Assembly (NCBI GenBank): GCA_963740315.1
Contig: CAVUDP010000002.1
Coordinates: forward strand, 3,840,001-3,904,000
DNA: 64,000 nt
Direction of reading: 5' to 3'
Source of the DNA: an uncultured cyanobacterium
GTDB lineage: Bacteria > Cyanobacteriota > Cyanobacteriia > Cyanobacteriales > Nostocaceae
Below the pieces are notes generated by a model. The model was given only the letters and a program-made list of their open reading frames with translations, ran no database searches and was not told the DNA's origin. A program made the position numbers and the translations under genes. Position 1 is the stretch's first letter; each line of letters starts with the position of its first letter. This document shows positions 45,405 through 56,345 of this stretch, piece by piece.

Positions 45405-46985
45405 ATGGCTTTTACAATTTGTCGAATCCAGAAAATAAAATCCTGGGGAGCTTTGGCTCGCAGTGAAGCTCACACTACAAGAGAAGTATATACACCTAAT
45501 GCTAATCTCCAGATAAAGAACTTAGAAGTAGTCGGAGATTATAACAACCTTGATTTAGTTTCAAAGGTGAAGAATAAAATTGGTTCCCAAAAGTACCGTT
45601 CTGATGCTGTTCTAACAGTAGAGATGTTGCTGAGTGCAAGCGCCGAATACTTCCGTCCCAATGCAGTATATGAAGGTGGAAGTTATGACAAACAGCGTTT
45701 AGATGATTTTGTGGAAGCAGTTGTCAAATGGTTGGATAATTCTTGGGGCGATCGCATAGTCAAAGCAGAGTTACATCTCGATGAAATGACACCCCATATT
45801 CACGCTTATCTCGTACCGTTGGATGAACGAGGGAAACTCAACTGCAAAGCTTTATTTGGTACGAGAGTGAAAATGTATCAGTTACAAGATAGTTTTGCGA
45901 ATGCTGTTGAACATTTAGGAATAGTACGCGGTGTTAAAGGAAGTGTTGCAACTTACACCAAAGTTAAGAAATACTATAGTGCAGTGAATCAAGACTCCCA
46001 AATACTCGATTTAGAGCGTTGTCTCCCCCAGCCACAAGCACAAGAAGAAAGTGTTGCATATAGACAAAGGGTAATTGAGCTATTAAGCCCGCAATTAGAA
46101 GTTATTAATTATCAATTGAGAGAACGCGACCGCCAATTAAAACAGCTCGCCGAGTTAAAACAAACCGCATCTGTAAGCGAAAAATTACGACAGCAGTTGG
46201 ATTCGGGATTACAGCTATTTAGAGCAAACAACGAACGACAGGACTCACCTTTATCTGAAGTTGCTTACGAATTGGGGATAAATCAATATAAGCATTCGGA
46301 TGATCCACTCTCTCTTGTAATGAGAGTTAATAAGTCAAATTTTGATGATGCCCTAATTTGGTTACGAGATAGATTTGGAGAAACCCGAATGCTAGATGCA
46401 GTGTCCAATCGCGCTTTAAGTATCGCGAAAAGAACATCTATCTCTACATTCGTACCACCTGAAGTTTCCGAAAATCACTTTGAACAAGTCGAGCGTTACT
46501 TGAGTCAAAATTATTCTATTCCACACAAACTCTTAAAAGCTTTACAACAGCGAGGTTTGTTATATGCTTCGACGAACGGTAATGCAGTATTCGTAGCTCG
46601 GAATTTAGATGGTGGAACAACAGGAGCTTATTTATATTCTTTAAAAAATAGCAAACAAGAATTTAGCTTATGCTCCGGTAGCAAACGTTCAAGTGGTTGG
46701 TTTCATTTGAGTGTAGGTGGAGATAATCGTGGATTAATAGAAACGGCGATTCTAAATTCTTCCCCAATAGATGCACTAAAAATTATGGTACAAAATGCAC
46801 CTCATAACCATAGAACAATTTATCTTACTCTCGATGATGAAAATGCACCATTACCATGCAAATTCCTCACGAATATATCAAATATAGTTGTTCTAATGCC
46901 AGAAAAAAGATTTAAGTCAATACAAAAAATTCTACCTAACGCTATTAACTTTTCACTACATAAACAGCAACAAATAGACTATTAA
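45405..46985 (+). CDS. mobV: MobV (Mob_Pre) family relaxase with a C-terminal DUF3991/Toprim-like region
   Basis: ICRIQKIK, AHTTR..TPNA, RSDAV..EMLLSAS.EYF, ELHLDEMTPHIH, LQD, RGVKGS. Confidence 0.9.
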   Translation: MAFTICRIQKIKSWGALARSEAHTTREVYTPNANLQIKNLEVVGDYNNLDLVSKVKNKIGSQKYRSDAVLTVEMLLSASAEYFRPNAVYEGGSYDKQRLDDFVEAVVKWLDNSWGDRIVKAELHLDEMTPHIHAYLVPLDERGKLNCKALFGTRVKMYQLQDSFANAVEHLGIVRGVKGSVATYTKVKKYYSAVNQDSQILDLERCLPQPQAQEESVAYRQRVIELLSPQLEVINYQLRERDRQLKQLAELKQTASVSEKLRQQLDSGLQLFRANNERQDSPLSEVAYELGINQYKHSDDPLSLVMRVNKSNFDDALIWLRDRFGETRMLDAVSNRALSIAKRTSISTFVPPEVSENHFEQVERYLSQNYSIPHKLLKALQQRGLLYASTNGNAVFVARNLDGGTTGAYLYSLKNSKQEFSLCSGSKRSSGWFHLSVGGDNRGLIETAILNSSPIDALKIMVQNAPHNHRTIYLTLDDENAPLPCKFLTNISNIVVLMPEKRFKSIQKILPNAINFSLHKQQQIDY

Positions 46986-47584
46986 CCTCATAATTGCTGT
47001 ATCTAATGGAAATTTTAATTGAATAGTAAAAATTCAGTGCAATAAGTAATTAAAATCACTATATGTTTATCAGCCCTATAGGAAAATTATAGATAGCATA
47101 AAGGTTGCTCATATAAGTGTTATTCAATGCATAGAAGATACTATGAGTAATATTTATTTTTGTTAAGATGCCTTGACCTGTATATCCTATCAATCTGATG
47201 ACAGTATATTTGATGCATAGTAACCGAATATTTTTCAAATGAGAATATTTATCGACTACGTATATATATCCAAAAATACTAATTTTTTATGTAGATAATT
47301 TGTCTCTTATAACTCAAATTATTATTTTAATTTTTCAGCAAAATATCATTAAATGTTGTAGTTATTTGAAGGCTGTATTTTTTTAAGCTAGTATGAATTA
47401 ACTGACATTTAAATTTGAATTTTTTGTAAAGTTAGGACTATTTATAATTCACAACTGACGGGAGATAACAACTACTAGGGAGGAAAATCACAAAGTAAGT
47501 TTTTAAGCCGCTATTTTCTCTTTCTCCCTTGTTGAAGTGATGAATTAATAAGAGTAACCGTGCTACAGCAAAAATGACGAGAAC

Positions 47585-47610
47585 ACCGGACAAAGATGTC
47601 TGGTTTTTTT
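47585..47610 (+). terminator. Terminator-like hairpin with no upstream ORF
   Basis: ACCGGACA-AAGA-TGTCTGGT followed by a T run. Confidence 0.5.
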
Positions 47611-47719
47611 ACAGATAAAACAGGAATATTTTTATCATCAATTAGCAACAAATTCGTTAGTCAAATTGTTAGAATTTGATTCAATTTAATCTGTTGATAA
47701 AAGGTAACAAGTTGTAGTT

Positions 47720-48544
47720 ATGAATGAAGAAAATAACATAATTTTCAACCCAAAGGCTCATCAACATTGTGATAAACAATTACCGAGAGTATCAACAACT
47801 TCATGGCATTATCATGATTTTTCCTGGAAAGCTTATCAACTTCCAAATGGTGCTTTGTTCATGAGTGACCGCCAGATGGCATTATTGGTAGGTCAGCCAA
47901 AAAACATTGTGCGCTCGTTTATTGAATCGCAAAGCTTAGAAACTTTAACAGCACAAATTGAAAATGGTGTAGAGGTTCAAGTCTATCCCTTGTCTGTAGC
48001 AGCAATTTACTTATCAACACTATTGAAGAATGGAGAGTTAGATAAACATCCCACGCAGCTTTCTCGTCCCCAATGGCATTCTTTGATTAAAGCGTTATGC
48101 AATTTTAAACCAGCATCTGGTAATACGCCAAACCCTTGTTTCTTCTCTGGTCGTTATTGGGTAGAAATAGCTAATCCGTTGTCTGTCGAAATAGAAGCTG
48201 ATACAAGCATCCAAGTTTTAGTATTGCAGTCTGGGGAATATCGTATTGAATACCAGGAAGGATTAAGGTGCATTGGACATGACCCCGACTGGTTAGTTAA
48301 TTATTCATCTAAGAAGGCAAGAACTTTGTCTGATTTAAATTTGTCGAAAGATATTACCGAATGTAGAGTTATAACCAAACATGGGTTTAAAAGTGTGTAT
48401 GCACTGTCAATTAAAGATTGGTTCTCGATATGGGGACATTTTTCTAACAAAGGTAATAGATTTGCTACTGCCATTTTAAAAGCTTGTGCAATAGAAGGCA
48501 TTGATACGCTTATTGAAAGGGCTATTTTGAGCGAAAAACAATGA
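47720..48544 (+). CDS. Hypothetical protein, possibly an antirepressor-like DNA-binding protein with two related domains
   Basis: AYQLPNGALFMS and VLVLQSGEYRIE halves; terminal GNRFA..ILKA..E. Confidence 0.6.
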   Translation: MNEENNIIFNPKAHQHCDKQLPRVSTTSWHYHDFSWKAYQLPNGALFMSDRQMALLVGQPKNIVRSFIESQSLETLTAQIENGVEVQVYPLSVAAIYLSTLLKNGELDKHPTQLSRPQWHSLIKALCNFKPASGNTPNPCFFSGRYWVEIANPLSVEIEADTSIQVLVLQSGEYRIEYQEGLRCIGHDPDWLVNYSSKKARTLSDLNLSKDITECRVITKHGFKSVYALSIKDWFSIWGHFSNKGNRFATAILKACAIEGIDTLIERAILSEKQ

Positions 48545-48639
48545 GGTAGCATTGCAAAGTAGGCAGTGAGCAGTATTAATGAGGGTTTATAATCAATTTA
48601 GATAAGTTTAAGTATTTTAAACCATAGGTGATTAACTTT

Positions 48640-48912
48640 ATGTCTTTTTCAAAGTTTAATGATGAAGAAATTACCCGACGTGGGAAAGAACTCTACGATT
48701 CTCAAATTCGTTTTCAAGTAGAGATACTACAAAACATCGGTAAAATTGCCTCGATTAATATTGAAACAGGTGAATATGAGATAGGTGATGATTTACTTAT
48801 AACAAGTCGGCGATTACGAGAAAAGCAAGCCGATGCACTAATTTGGGCTGAAAGAATCGGGTTTAATGCTGTCTTTGCTTTAAGTGGAACTTTAGTTAGA
48901 AAAGATGTCTAA
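48640..48912 (+). CDS. Small conserved protein (DUF5678-like)
   Basis: EEITRRGKELY..IR..VE..GKI..INIETGEYEI..RIG pattern. Confidence 0.6.
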   Translation: MSFSKFNDEEITRRGKELYDSQIRFQVEILQNIGKIASINIETGEYEIGDDLLITSRRLREKQADALIWAERIGFNAVFALSGTLVRKDV

Positions 48913-48939
48913 CATCATTGTCAAAAGTCTATCAGAATT

Positions 48940-50508
48940 TCAAGAAGAAATTTCTCCCCAAAAACTAGTAATCGTAGGAGCAAAAACCGATGTATCCGGA
49001 CTTGATGCTGGTTGAGTTATATACTTTGCACGATTAGCGATCGCCAATATTCTATCCGTATCTCTAACATACAAAGGCACCATGATTTCTCGTTGTTCTA
49101 ACAGTTCATGTAAACCAATCTCCATCTTTCGACCTTGGTGAAACTTGCTACGCGCAGCCTTCTGAACGATTTGTGCTAACTCCGCACCAGTACAATTAAC
49201 AGTTTTATTAAGAACAATTCGCCATTCTTTCTCTGTAAGCACGTCGCCATTTTTATAACGGTTATCAAACTTCGCAAGATGCATGATCAAAATTTCTTTG
49301 CGCTCAATTGCTTGAGGGAATCCGACATAAAATATTTCATCAAATCTTCCTACCCTAGTTAACTCCGGTGGTAATGCATCAAGACGGTTAAGAGTTGCAA
49401 CTACAAATACTGCGCTTGTTTTATCCTGCAACCAAGTTAATAAAGTACCTAAAATTTGACGAGAACTAATATCTTCACCCGTAGATTTAGATGCAGCAAA
49501 AAGTTTATCAAATTCATCAAAATACATCACAACGGGGGCACAAGCTTCTACTCTTTCTAGCAAACGTTTGAGATAAACTGCACCATCGTTGATTATCAGA
49601 GCAGTGTCTACACTTATTAAAGGGAAACCTAGTATTTTGGCTATGACATTAGCTGATAGAGTCTTTCCTGTCCCCGGTGGTCCCACTAACAAACACCCTT
49701 TAGGAAGAGGAATGTTCGCAGTTCGTGCTTGAGGTAAAAAATCGTATTTGACATTTTCTATGTATTTCTTAAGTAAATCCAAACCGCCAAAGTCAGGAAT
49801 GCTGGGTTTAGCAATAAAGTTTAAATTAAAAGAGCGAAAGCGAGTGATTTTATATTCAAGCAGTTGTTGAGCGAAAATGTCATAACTTAATTGAGAACAG
49901 GAATTTAGTGCAATATTTAACCCATTAGATATTTCCTCCCTTGTTAAACCAGCGCAAGCACTGATTAAAGATTCTTTATTTAATATTCCTGGTGAATCAC
50001 ATAAGAATGTTTCTATCAAATTAGTAATTTCTTCATTACCGGGTAATGGATAATAAATACTTGGAATCAAATTGCTTAAAGCTTCTGGTAATTCTACATG
50101 ATCAGTTGATAAAATTACTAAATACTTTAATTTATTACTGTTCTTAAACTCAAAGTAAATATTGATTAAATATGAAACCATTTGTGGAGAATCTATGCTG
50201 ATTAACGATGATAGATTTTCAAATATAAAAATCCCTGCATTCTCATTATTTAATAAATTATCAAAACTAGTAAAAATATCACTATATTTAGGTTGTGGAT
50301 CAATAAAACTCCTAATTGAATGCGAATTATATTTTACTTTCTTGAAGCATCCCCAGCCAGCATTCCATACATAAAGGGGAATATCTCGTATCTGAGCGCA
50401 TTCAATATAAATTTCCTCTAATACATTCATTCTTTCTGGCAAAGGAGCATTAACACAAACAACTGGAATACCAGAATCGAAGTATAAATTCAAATTATCG
50501 AACTTCAT
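48940..50508 (-). CDS. AAA+ ATPase (Ycf46-like)
   Basis: FGGLDLLK, GCLLVGPPGTGKT, YFDEFDK, LLTWLQ, ATLN..LPPELTRVGRFDE. Confidence 0.9.
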   Translation of the reverse strand: MKFDNLNLYFDSGIPVVCVNAPLPERMNVLEEIYIECAQIRDIPLYVWNAGWGCFKKVKYNSHSIRSFIDPQPKYSDIFTSFDNLLNNENAGIFIFENLSSLISIDSPQMVSYLINIYFEFKNSNKLKYLVILSTDHVELPEALSNLIPSIYYPLPGNEEITNLIETFLCDSPGILNKESLISACAGLTREEISNGLNIALNSCSQLSYDIFAQQLLEYKITRFRSFNLNFIAKPSIPDFGGLDLLKKYIENVKYDFLPQARTANIPLPKGCLLVGPPGTGKTLSANVIAKILGFPLISVDTALIINDGAVYLKRLLERVEACAPVVMYFDEFDKLFAASKSTGEDISSRQILGTLLTWLQDKTSAVFVVATLNRLDALPPELTRVGRFDEIFYVGFPQAIERKEILIMHLAKFDNRYKNGDVLTEKEWRIVLNKTVNCTGAELAQIVQKAARSKFHQGRKMEIGLHELLEQREIMVPLYVRDTDRILAIANRAKYITQPASSPDTSVFAPTITSFWGEISS

Positions 50509-50572
50509 TGTAGAAGGCAGGGGGAAGGGGGCAGGGAGCAGGGAGAAGGAGAATTAATTTGAGTTTAGATTA

Positions 50573-51928
50573 TTAAAGAGTTAATTCACTAGTGCTATCT
50601 AATTCTTGCCTTCTGCCTTTACTTTTTGGCTGTAACTTGGGTAATATTTGCTCGAAATAAATTAAATCGCGTTCGTTCATATTACTTGTTAACTGTCCAC
50701 CAGTTTTTTCAAGTAAACTACCGCGTCCATCTTTCGCTTCAATTTGTACGTTACCATCAGGACTAGCTTTCCATTTATAAGAAAATCGACCATCGATTTC
50801 TACATCTCGCTGTTGTGCAGTAGCATATTCTACAAGCACATTCGTAACACTCTCAACACGAGCAAAATATTCGGCTTCTTGTTTCCCGACTGGAGCAAAA
50901 GATGTTGGAATTGGCTCATTTTTACGTAATGATTTTTGCAAAGAATTAATATCTTGAATATCAACGTTTAGTAAATCGCTTTTTTCTACTTTTACTCCTA
51001 AATTAGTGTTCCGAAACTGCATTAAAAGTTTATCTGTAGCCGAATCTTTTACTTCGTAGTGCGAACCATTGCGAGATATTTGATAATCACCCGCTTGATA
51101 CTGATTTTCTCCTGGCTGAGTTTGTAATTGAAATAAGTTTTTGATTGATGCAGCAAACTGATGTTGCTTTGAATTTTCTTTAAATTCGTTTATTCCTATC
51201 TTTACAGCAGAAGTGACACTCGAAACAACCGTTGATGCATTATTAACTATTTGCTGCCACCAAGAAGTATTTTGAGGTTGCTTCAATCTTTGTTCTATTA
51301 ATTCCTGATATAAATTACGTTCTTGCTGTAGTGCTTTTACTTCTGCTTTCAATTGCTCAACTTCTGAACTTAATAATGTTTTCAAAGGACTATCTTCTAA
51401 TAACTGTAACGATTCAGTTACTCGTGTTGAACCCGGAACGGGAGGTGAGTTTGTATAATCCGCTTCAACGGGTGATAATTCTGGTTGATTAATTTGATTA
51501 ATATTACCTAAACTTTCCCAATATTCTAAGTTTTCGGGTATTTTATCTGTAAAAGTTTCTTGCTCTAAAAAATTGTTAACGATTACCTTACCTTCCGAAT
51601 CAGATTGTAAGAGAACTTTCCCATCTAATTCAATTCTCTTATTCGCAGCCCCATCTACAACTTCCCCAACAGAAGTTGAACGTAATTCTTGAAGTTGTGT
51701 TATTAATTGAGGATTTAATAGCTCTCCTGAGAAACCAGATACTTCATCACGAAATTGATTTTCATCACGTCCATAAACTAATTTATCCCCATCAAATATT
51801 TTTAATCCTTGTTTGTCCGAAGTTTGTTCTACATCCAATACAGCTTTTAATAATACTTCAATTAATTGCTCATACCTTTGCTGCATTGCTGCTGCATCGC
51901 TTTCGTTGACAGTAAATAGATTTGGCAT
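50573..51928 (-). CDS. Hypothetical conjugation-region protein
   Basis: 451-aa ORF in the T4SS operon, with a coiled coil and repeated beta-rich units. Confidence 0.7.
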   Translation of the reverse strand: MPNLFTVNESDAAAMQQRYEQLIEVLLKAVLDVEQTSDKQGLKIFDGDKLVYGRDENQFRDEVSGFSGELLNPQLITQLQELRSTSVGEVVDGAANKRIELDGKVLLQSDSEGKVIVNNFLEQETFTDKIPENLEYWESLGNINQINQPELSPVEADYTNSPPVPGSTRVTESLQLLEDSPLKTLLSSEVEQLKAEVKALQQERNLYQELIEQRLKQPQNTSWWQQIVNNASTVVSSVTSAVKIGINEFKENSKQHQFAASIKNLFQLQTQPGENQYQAGDYQISRNGSHYEVKDSATDKLLMQFRNTNLGVKVEKSDLLNVDIQDINSLQKSLRKNEPIPTSFAPVGKQEAEYFARVESVTNVLVEYATAQQRDVEIDGRFSYKWKASPDGNVQIEAKDGRGSLLEKTGGQLTSNMNERDLIYFEQILPKLQPKSKGRRQELDSTSELTL

Positions 51929-51933
51929 TTCAT

Positions 51934-52254
51934 TTACTCTCCTTCTACAGCTATTGCTTCCAAACGATTTACAATTAAGGAAGAGCCAACATAAAATACG
52001 GCTAATTCTCCATCAAGTAGCCAAGCATTAAATTCACTTTTTTGTTGAATCTCTCTAGTACATTCATAAGCGGATAATCCGTTGATTTTTCCAGCCAACA
52101 GACCATGCTGGTCAAATATTTCAATTACATGGGGACAATAATTTTTATCAAAAACTGGTTTTTCCTTTGCTTCATCGACCATTTCTAACCATTTAGGATA
52201 TTGTGATAAAACAGCAGAAACTTCTGGACTACAATTAATTATTTTCTCTACCAT
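51934..52254 (-). CDS. Hypothetical protein
   Basis: Operonic 106-aa ORF. Confidence 0.65.
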   Translation of the reverse strand: MVEKIINCSPEVSAVLSQYPKWLEMVDEAKEKPVFDKNYCPHVIEIFDQHGLLAGKINGLSAYECTREIQQKSEFNAWLLDGELAVFYVGSSLIVNRLEAIAVEGE

Positions 52255-52265
52255 ATTGTTTAACT

Positions 52266-54101
52266 CTAAAAAATATTATTTAATTCTTCTGGTGAAGCTA
52301 ACTCTTCTCCTTGCTCAGGTAACGGAAATAACTGTTCTGCTAATGCTTTACGCTCTAAAAACTGTGCAGAACGTTCTTCATCGCTAACAGTAACTTTATT
52401 ATTTCTAATCAATCGTTCCCGTACAAAATCCCATTTACTTTCCGACCAATTCATTTCTTCAATATCGTAGAGGGGAACCTTTATTTTGTGGAGCAAGGGA
52501 ACGTATGCTTCTGTACCACGGCTATAAGCTGGATTAATAATTACTGCTCTACCCGTACCCATTTTTGCGAACTGCGCGGGTTCCAATAAATGTCGTTTTT
52601 GATGATGCTCGTTTCTACTACGAGAACCACCTCCTTTACCAGTGCTTTGAGATTTAGAATTAAATCTAATCTCCATCTCTCCCAAGTAGTCACTGAATAT
52701 CTTTGCAGATTCAGGGTCTTGGGGATTAAAAATAAACTTAGTTGCAGTACCACCCAAAATTGCTCGTGATAATTCTTTCCCATAAACTTTCTCAAGTTGG
52801 GCAATGTTTTGATATCCTAAAATGCCAACAAACCCATCTTCACGTCCTTCGTTTAACCAGTTAACGAGTGCTGGTAAATAGAATGTCGGTAGCTCATCCA
52901 AAGCAACAATTAAAGGGTCACTACGTGGAATAGTGCGGGTGATGTTGCGGGTTACAATCATATGAAGAATTGCAGCAAGCAGTGGACTAACAATGTCTCT
53001 GTTGTTTCTATCCAATCCAAAAACAATCAACTGTTTTCCATCTAAATCAAGTGGTAGTGTTGTTTGACCGCAAAAAGCACCAACGAAGTCACGTTTAAGA
53101 AAGCGCTGAAACATTCGTTGTGCGGTACCAATGATTGATGCAGCCGTTTTCTCTGAATCTTTAACGCTGATTAACTGCGATAATGGTCGAGAAGTCCAAA
53201 CTTTTAACTTATCTTTTGATGCAGCTTCGAGTCTAGCAGCAAGATTTGGTAAAGATAGAATTGCTTGTGCCATCATCAAATCACAGTATTTGTCTTCGCT
53301 AGTCAGAGTTTTAATAGCTTTGGTAACAAGTAAAATACCCTCAACCAAAGAATCTCCTGCTTCTTCAAAGAACTTATCGCTGCTAGCATTTGCACCTCTG
53401 TCAAAGTTACGCGAGATTACCTGTGTAAGTTGTCCGGCTGCAATAGCATCTTCCTCATCTCTCAATAAATCCAACGGATTACAAGTTTCACTTTCAGCAA
53501 ACCCCGGTGCAAATATTCTTACGGAATAACCCCGCTTCATCGCATAAGCTACAGCTCGTTTAGTTTGTGCTGGAAACTTAAAATCGTAGAGCAACATAGG
53601 AAAACCTTGGTCAAAAGTACTACGAATTAAAGGGTCTATGACAGAGAAAGTTTTACCAGAACCAGCTGCACCGATAACAGCTATTCCCCTTTGAGCATCT
53701 GGTACATAAAGAGTTGAATTGGAAGAAAGAAGTTGCTGACTAAAAGTTGGTTTAGTTTTGAGCAAACCGTGAGAGTACCATTGTTTTTGTAAAGCAGTTC
53801 TAATGTACGGGGGAGTTCCAACGTACAATCCTACAGAATTACGAATCGGTTTCGCTATCTGTTTCTTTGCTTTTTTGGCTGCTTGAGATTTTTCTCGACT
53901 ACCACCCCAATAGCTAGTAGCTACTTTACCTTTATAGTTACTTCCAGAAATTAATTTTAAAATACCAATACTAGCAAAGCAGCCGAGCAGTACTAACCCA
54001 GATTGTGATTTCATTAAATTAGACAACTTATCAAACTGGGAATTTTGTGGTGGTGTTGATGGTTGTTGTACCACAAGAAAATCATTATTCATTTTTTTCA
54101 C
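52266..54101 (-). CDS. virD4: Type IV coupling protein (VirD4/TraG family)
   Basis: N-terminal TM, Walker A GAAGSGKT, YDFK, CNPLD, Walker B ALDELP, GYQNIAQLEKVYG. Confidence 0.9.
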   Translation of the reverse strand: MKKMNNDFLVVQQPSTPPQNSQFDKLSNLMKSQSGLVLLGCFASIGILKLISGSNYKGKVATSYWGGSREKSQAAKKAKKQIAKPIRNSVGLYVGTPPYIRTALQKQWYSHGLLKTKPTFSQQLLSSNSTLYVPDAQRGIAVIGAAGSGKTFSVIDPLIRSTFDQGFPMLLYDFKFPAQTKRAVAYAMKRGYSVRIFAPGFAESETCNPLDLLRDEEDAIAAGQLTQVISRNFDRGANASSDKFFEEAGDSLVEGILLVTKAIKTLTSEDKYCDLMMAQAILSLPNLAARLEAASKDKLKVWTSRPLSQLISVKDSEKTAASIIGTAQRMFQRFLKRDFVGAFCGQTTLPLDLDGKQLIVFGLDRNNRDIVSPLLAAILHMIVTRNITRTIPRSDPLIVALDELPTFYLPALVNWLNEGREDGFVGILGYQNIAQLEKVYGKELSRAILGGTATKFIFNPQDPESAKIFSDYLGEMEIRFNSKSQSTGKGGGSRSRNEHHQKRHLLEPAQFAKMGTGRAVIINPAYSRGTEAYVPLLHKIKVPLYDIEEMNWSESKWDFVRERLIRNNKVTVSDEERSAQFLERKALAEQLFPLPEQGEELASPEELNNIF

Positions 54102-54657
54102 TAATAAAACTTTTATTTAAGCGAACGTAATGACCGTTTTGATAACAAAATTTAGTTTGAGATAATAATTTATCTGTGTCTGTAAATTGAGTAATATTCA
54201 AACAAGGAAAGCCTTGGTTAACATTCTCTCCGACTTTAATTAGCTTTTGTGATTTTGGAATTTGGGAATGGGCAATAAATTCTAAAAGTAGCTTACCTGA
54301 ATCGTCATACACCGAATATAAGCACCCCGCAGAACCACAAAGTTGAGGAGAACCATAATCAAAAAGATATAAGTTACCAGCACCTTGGGATGGGATTCGC
54401 ATAACCTTTATTGAGGAAATATTAAGATAACGAGTTGATTTTTTACTAACAACCTTTTTTAGAAGAGGTTTTGGTACAACTTCATCTACATTTTCCCAAG
54501 TGGTGATTGAATGATTTTTGAATAAACTTTTATATAAAGTCGATACAGTTAGAGTCATGACAATTATGCATATAATTAAAACAATAATTTTACTTTTACT
54601 AAGTCGGATTTTATAAAAACTATATATATTTGATTGCATAATTAATTTGATAAACAA
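54085..54657 (-). CDS. Membrane-anchored hypothetical protein of the T4SS operon
   Basis: N-terminal TM; LCGSAGCLYSVY motif. Confidence 0.65.
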   Translation of the reverse strand: MFIKLIMQSNIYSFYKIRLSKSKIIVLIICIIVMTLTVSTLYKSLFKNHSITTWENVDEVVPKPLLKKVVSKKSTRYLNISSIKVMRIPSQGAGNLYLFDYGSPQLCGSAGCLYSVYDDSGKLLLEFIAHSQIPKSQKLIKVGENVNQGFPCLNITQFTDTDKLLSQTKFCYQNGHYVRLNKSFISEKNE

Positions 54658-56321
54658 TTCATTGATTCCAATTTTTGCTTATATTTATTTTTAGTTTTTT
54701 GTCCATATTCTGTGACTGTCATTCCCTTATTCAAATCACTAACTTGAGAATCAATTGGAATATTAACCCCAGCAAAATGCATTTGACTTGCACGCTCAAT
54801 CAATCTATCTCCACTAAAAGGTTTACCTGTGCTTGGGTCAGTTTGCTGCGATGTCATTGATAGTAAATTACTAGTTTCTGATTCTATTGAAGATTGCTGT
54901 TCGGTCGATAAAGAATTCTGTGTCACGCTACTATTTTCTACATTTAATAATGCAGAACTTAAAGCATCGAGATTAGCACCAGATGAATGAATGTTTCTGC
55001 AATCTCTTTGTGTAATAGGTATTAAGTCAGATACATTATTTTTATTGTTTGAAGAAATAAATGGAGAATTATCAAAAGTAAATCCACTACTCTTTAAACC
55101 CGTAGGAATTGACATGGAGTTTTTATTAGAATCAATCCTACCTAAAAATATGGGTTCTTTTTCTCTATAAGTCATGAATGGAACCGGACCAATAAAATAG
55201 GGGGTACATCCCAAATCAACAAAATTATTTCTCATACAAACACGAAAGAATAAAGATTGAGAAACCTTTCCACCGACTTCTGATATATCCCAGACGGCTA
55301 CTTTGAAAGCATCACCAAATAGATTTCGACCCGTCGGTTCTTTACCACCATTAACCAAACCTAAGATTCCTCTTCCACCTTTAACCAATTGGTATTTTCC
55401 GCTAACCCAAGCTTTCCCGTGAACAGCTTGAGAACCAGATAATTCAATATGAGCGCAATCTTTATCACAAGGAACTGCAAATCCTTCCTTATTACTACCT
55501 GAAATAGTTCTATCTCGCTTTTGTTCGTCAGTTGCAAACGCGACATCTACTATTCCAACTTGCATTCCTACAGGGTTAGCAGGATTGGGGAATTGAGAAA
55601 ATGGTACATCGCTTAATCCGGGTATCTCATCAATATAAACTCCTTGCCATTTGTCAAAGCTAGCAATTGGAGTTGTTGATAATCCTGGGATTGAATCGAT
55701 TCGGTAAGATGTTAAATCCGAAGATTCAAAATTTAATTTACCCAAATGGGGAGATTTTTGAAGTAAGTTACCGATAGTTTGATATGAACTAAATGATGTT
55801 GATAAATTCTGCGATAGTAAATCTAGTATTGGTTTGACATCCCTTATCTTCCATTCTTTTAAATCAGGTATTGCTTTAACCAAACTTTCTATTGTTTGAA
55901 ATTTGACTACACCAAAACGGGATAAGTCAATTTCTTGGATATCAGAGCCAGCAATTTGAGAAATATCTAAAAGTGAAAATTCCCCGAGCTTAAAAGAGTC
56001 CTGAAAATCACCCAGCATTGTAAATGAATCTGGTTTTTGTCCCGCGTCCCAACTACGAGAAGGGTCATATCCTAACTTCTGAGAAACATTTACAGGTGCT
56101 TGAAATGAACCAGATTCAGTAATGGCTGGCATTTTAGAAAATGTAATTTGATTCCAATCTGGTAAACGAGTATTTTGCCAACTAATTGTAGGAATTTCTG
56201 TTTGTACGGATGGAGGATTAGATACAGATTTCTGTTGCGATGTAATAAGAACAGCACCACAAATCAAAATTGATAAACTTAATCCACAACTTCTGATTGA
56301 ACGCTTTTTGAATAATTTCAT
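54642..56321 (-). CDS. Secreted conserved protein of cyanobacterial conjugation loci
   Basis: Signal peptide; LPDWNQITF, IPGL repeats, CAHIEL, GKEPTGR, CTPYFIGP. Confidence 0.7.
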   Translation of the reverse strand: MKLFKKRSIRSCGLSLSILICGAVLITSQQKSVSNPPSVQTEIPTISWQNTRLPDWNQITFSKMPAITESGSFQAPVNVSQKLGYDPSRSWDAGQKPDSFTMLGDFQDSFKLGEFSLLDISQIAGSDIQEIDLSRFGVVKFQTIESLVKAIPDLKEWKIRDVKPILDLLSQNLSTSFSSYQTIGNLLQKSPHLGKLNFESSDLTSYRIDSIPGLSTTPIASFDKWQGVYIDEIPGLSDVPFSQFPNPANPVGMQVGIVDVAFATDEQKRDRTISGSNKEGFAVPCDKDCAHIELSGSQAVHGKAWVSGKYQLVKGGRGILGLVNGGKEPTGRNLFGDAFKVAVWDISEVGGKVSQSLFFRVCMRNNFVDLGCTPYFIGPVPFMTYREKEPIFLGRIDSNKNSMSIPTGLKSSGFTFDNSPFISSNNKNNVSDLIPITQRDCRNIHSSGANLDALSSALLNVENSSVTQNSLSTEQQSSIESETSNLLSMTSQQTDPSTGKPFSGDRLIERASQMHFAGVNIPIDSQVSDLNKGMTVTEYGQKTKNKYKQKLESMNCLSN

Positions 56322-56345
56322 AATATTAGTTTTTCGTTGTTGGGT

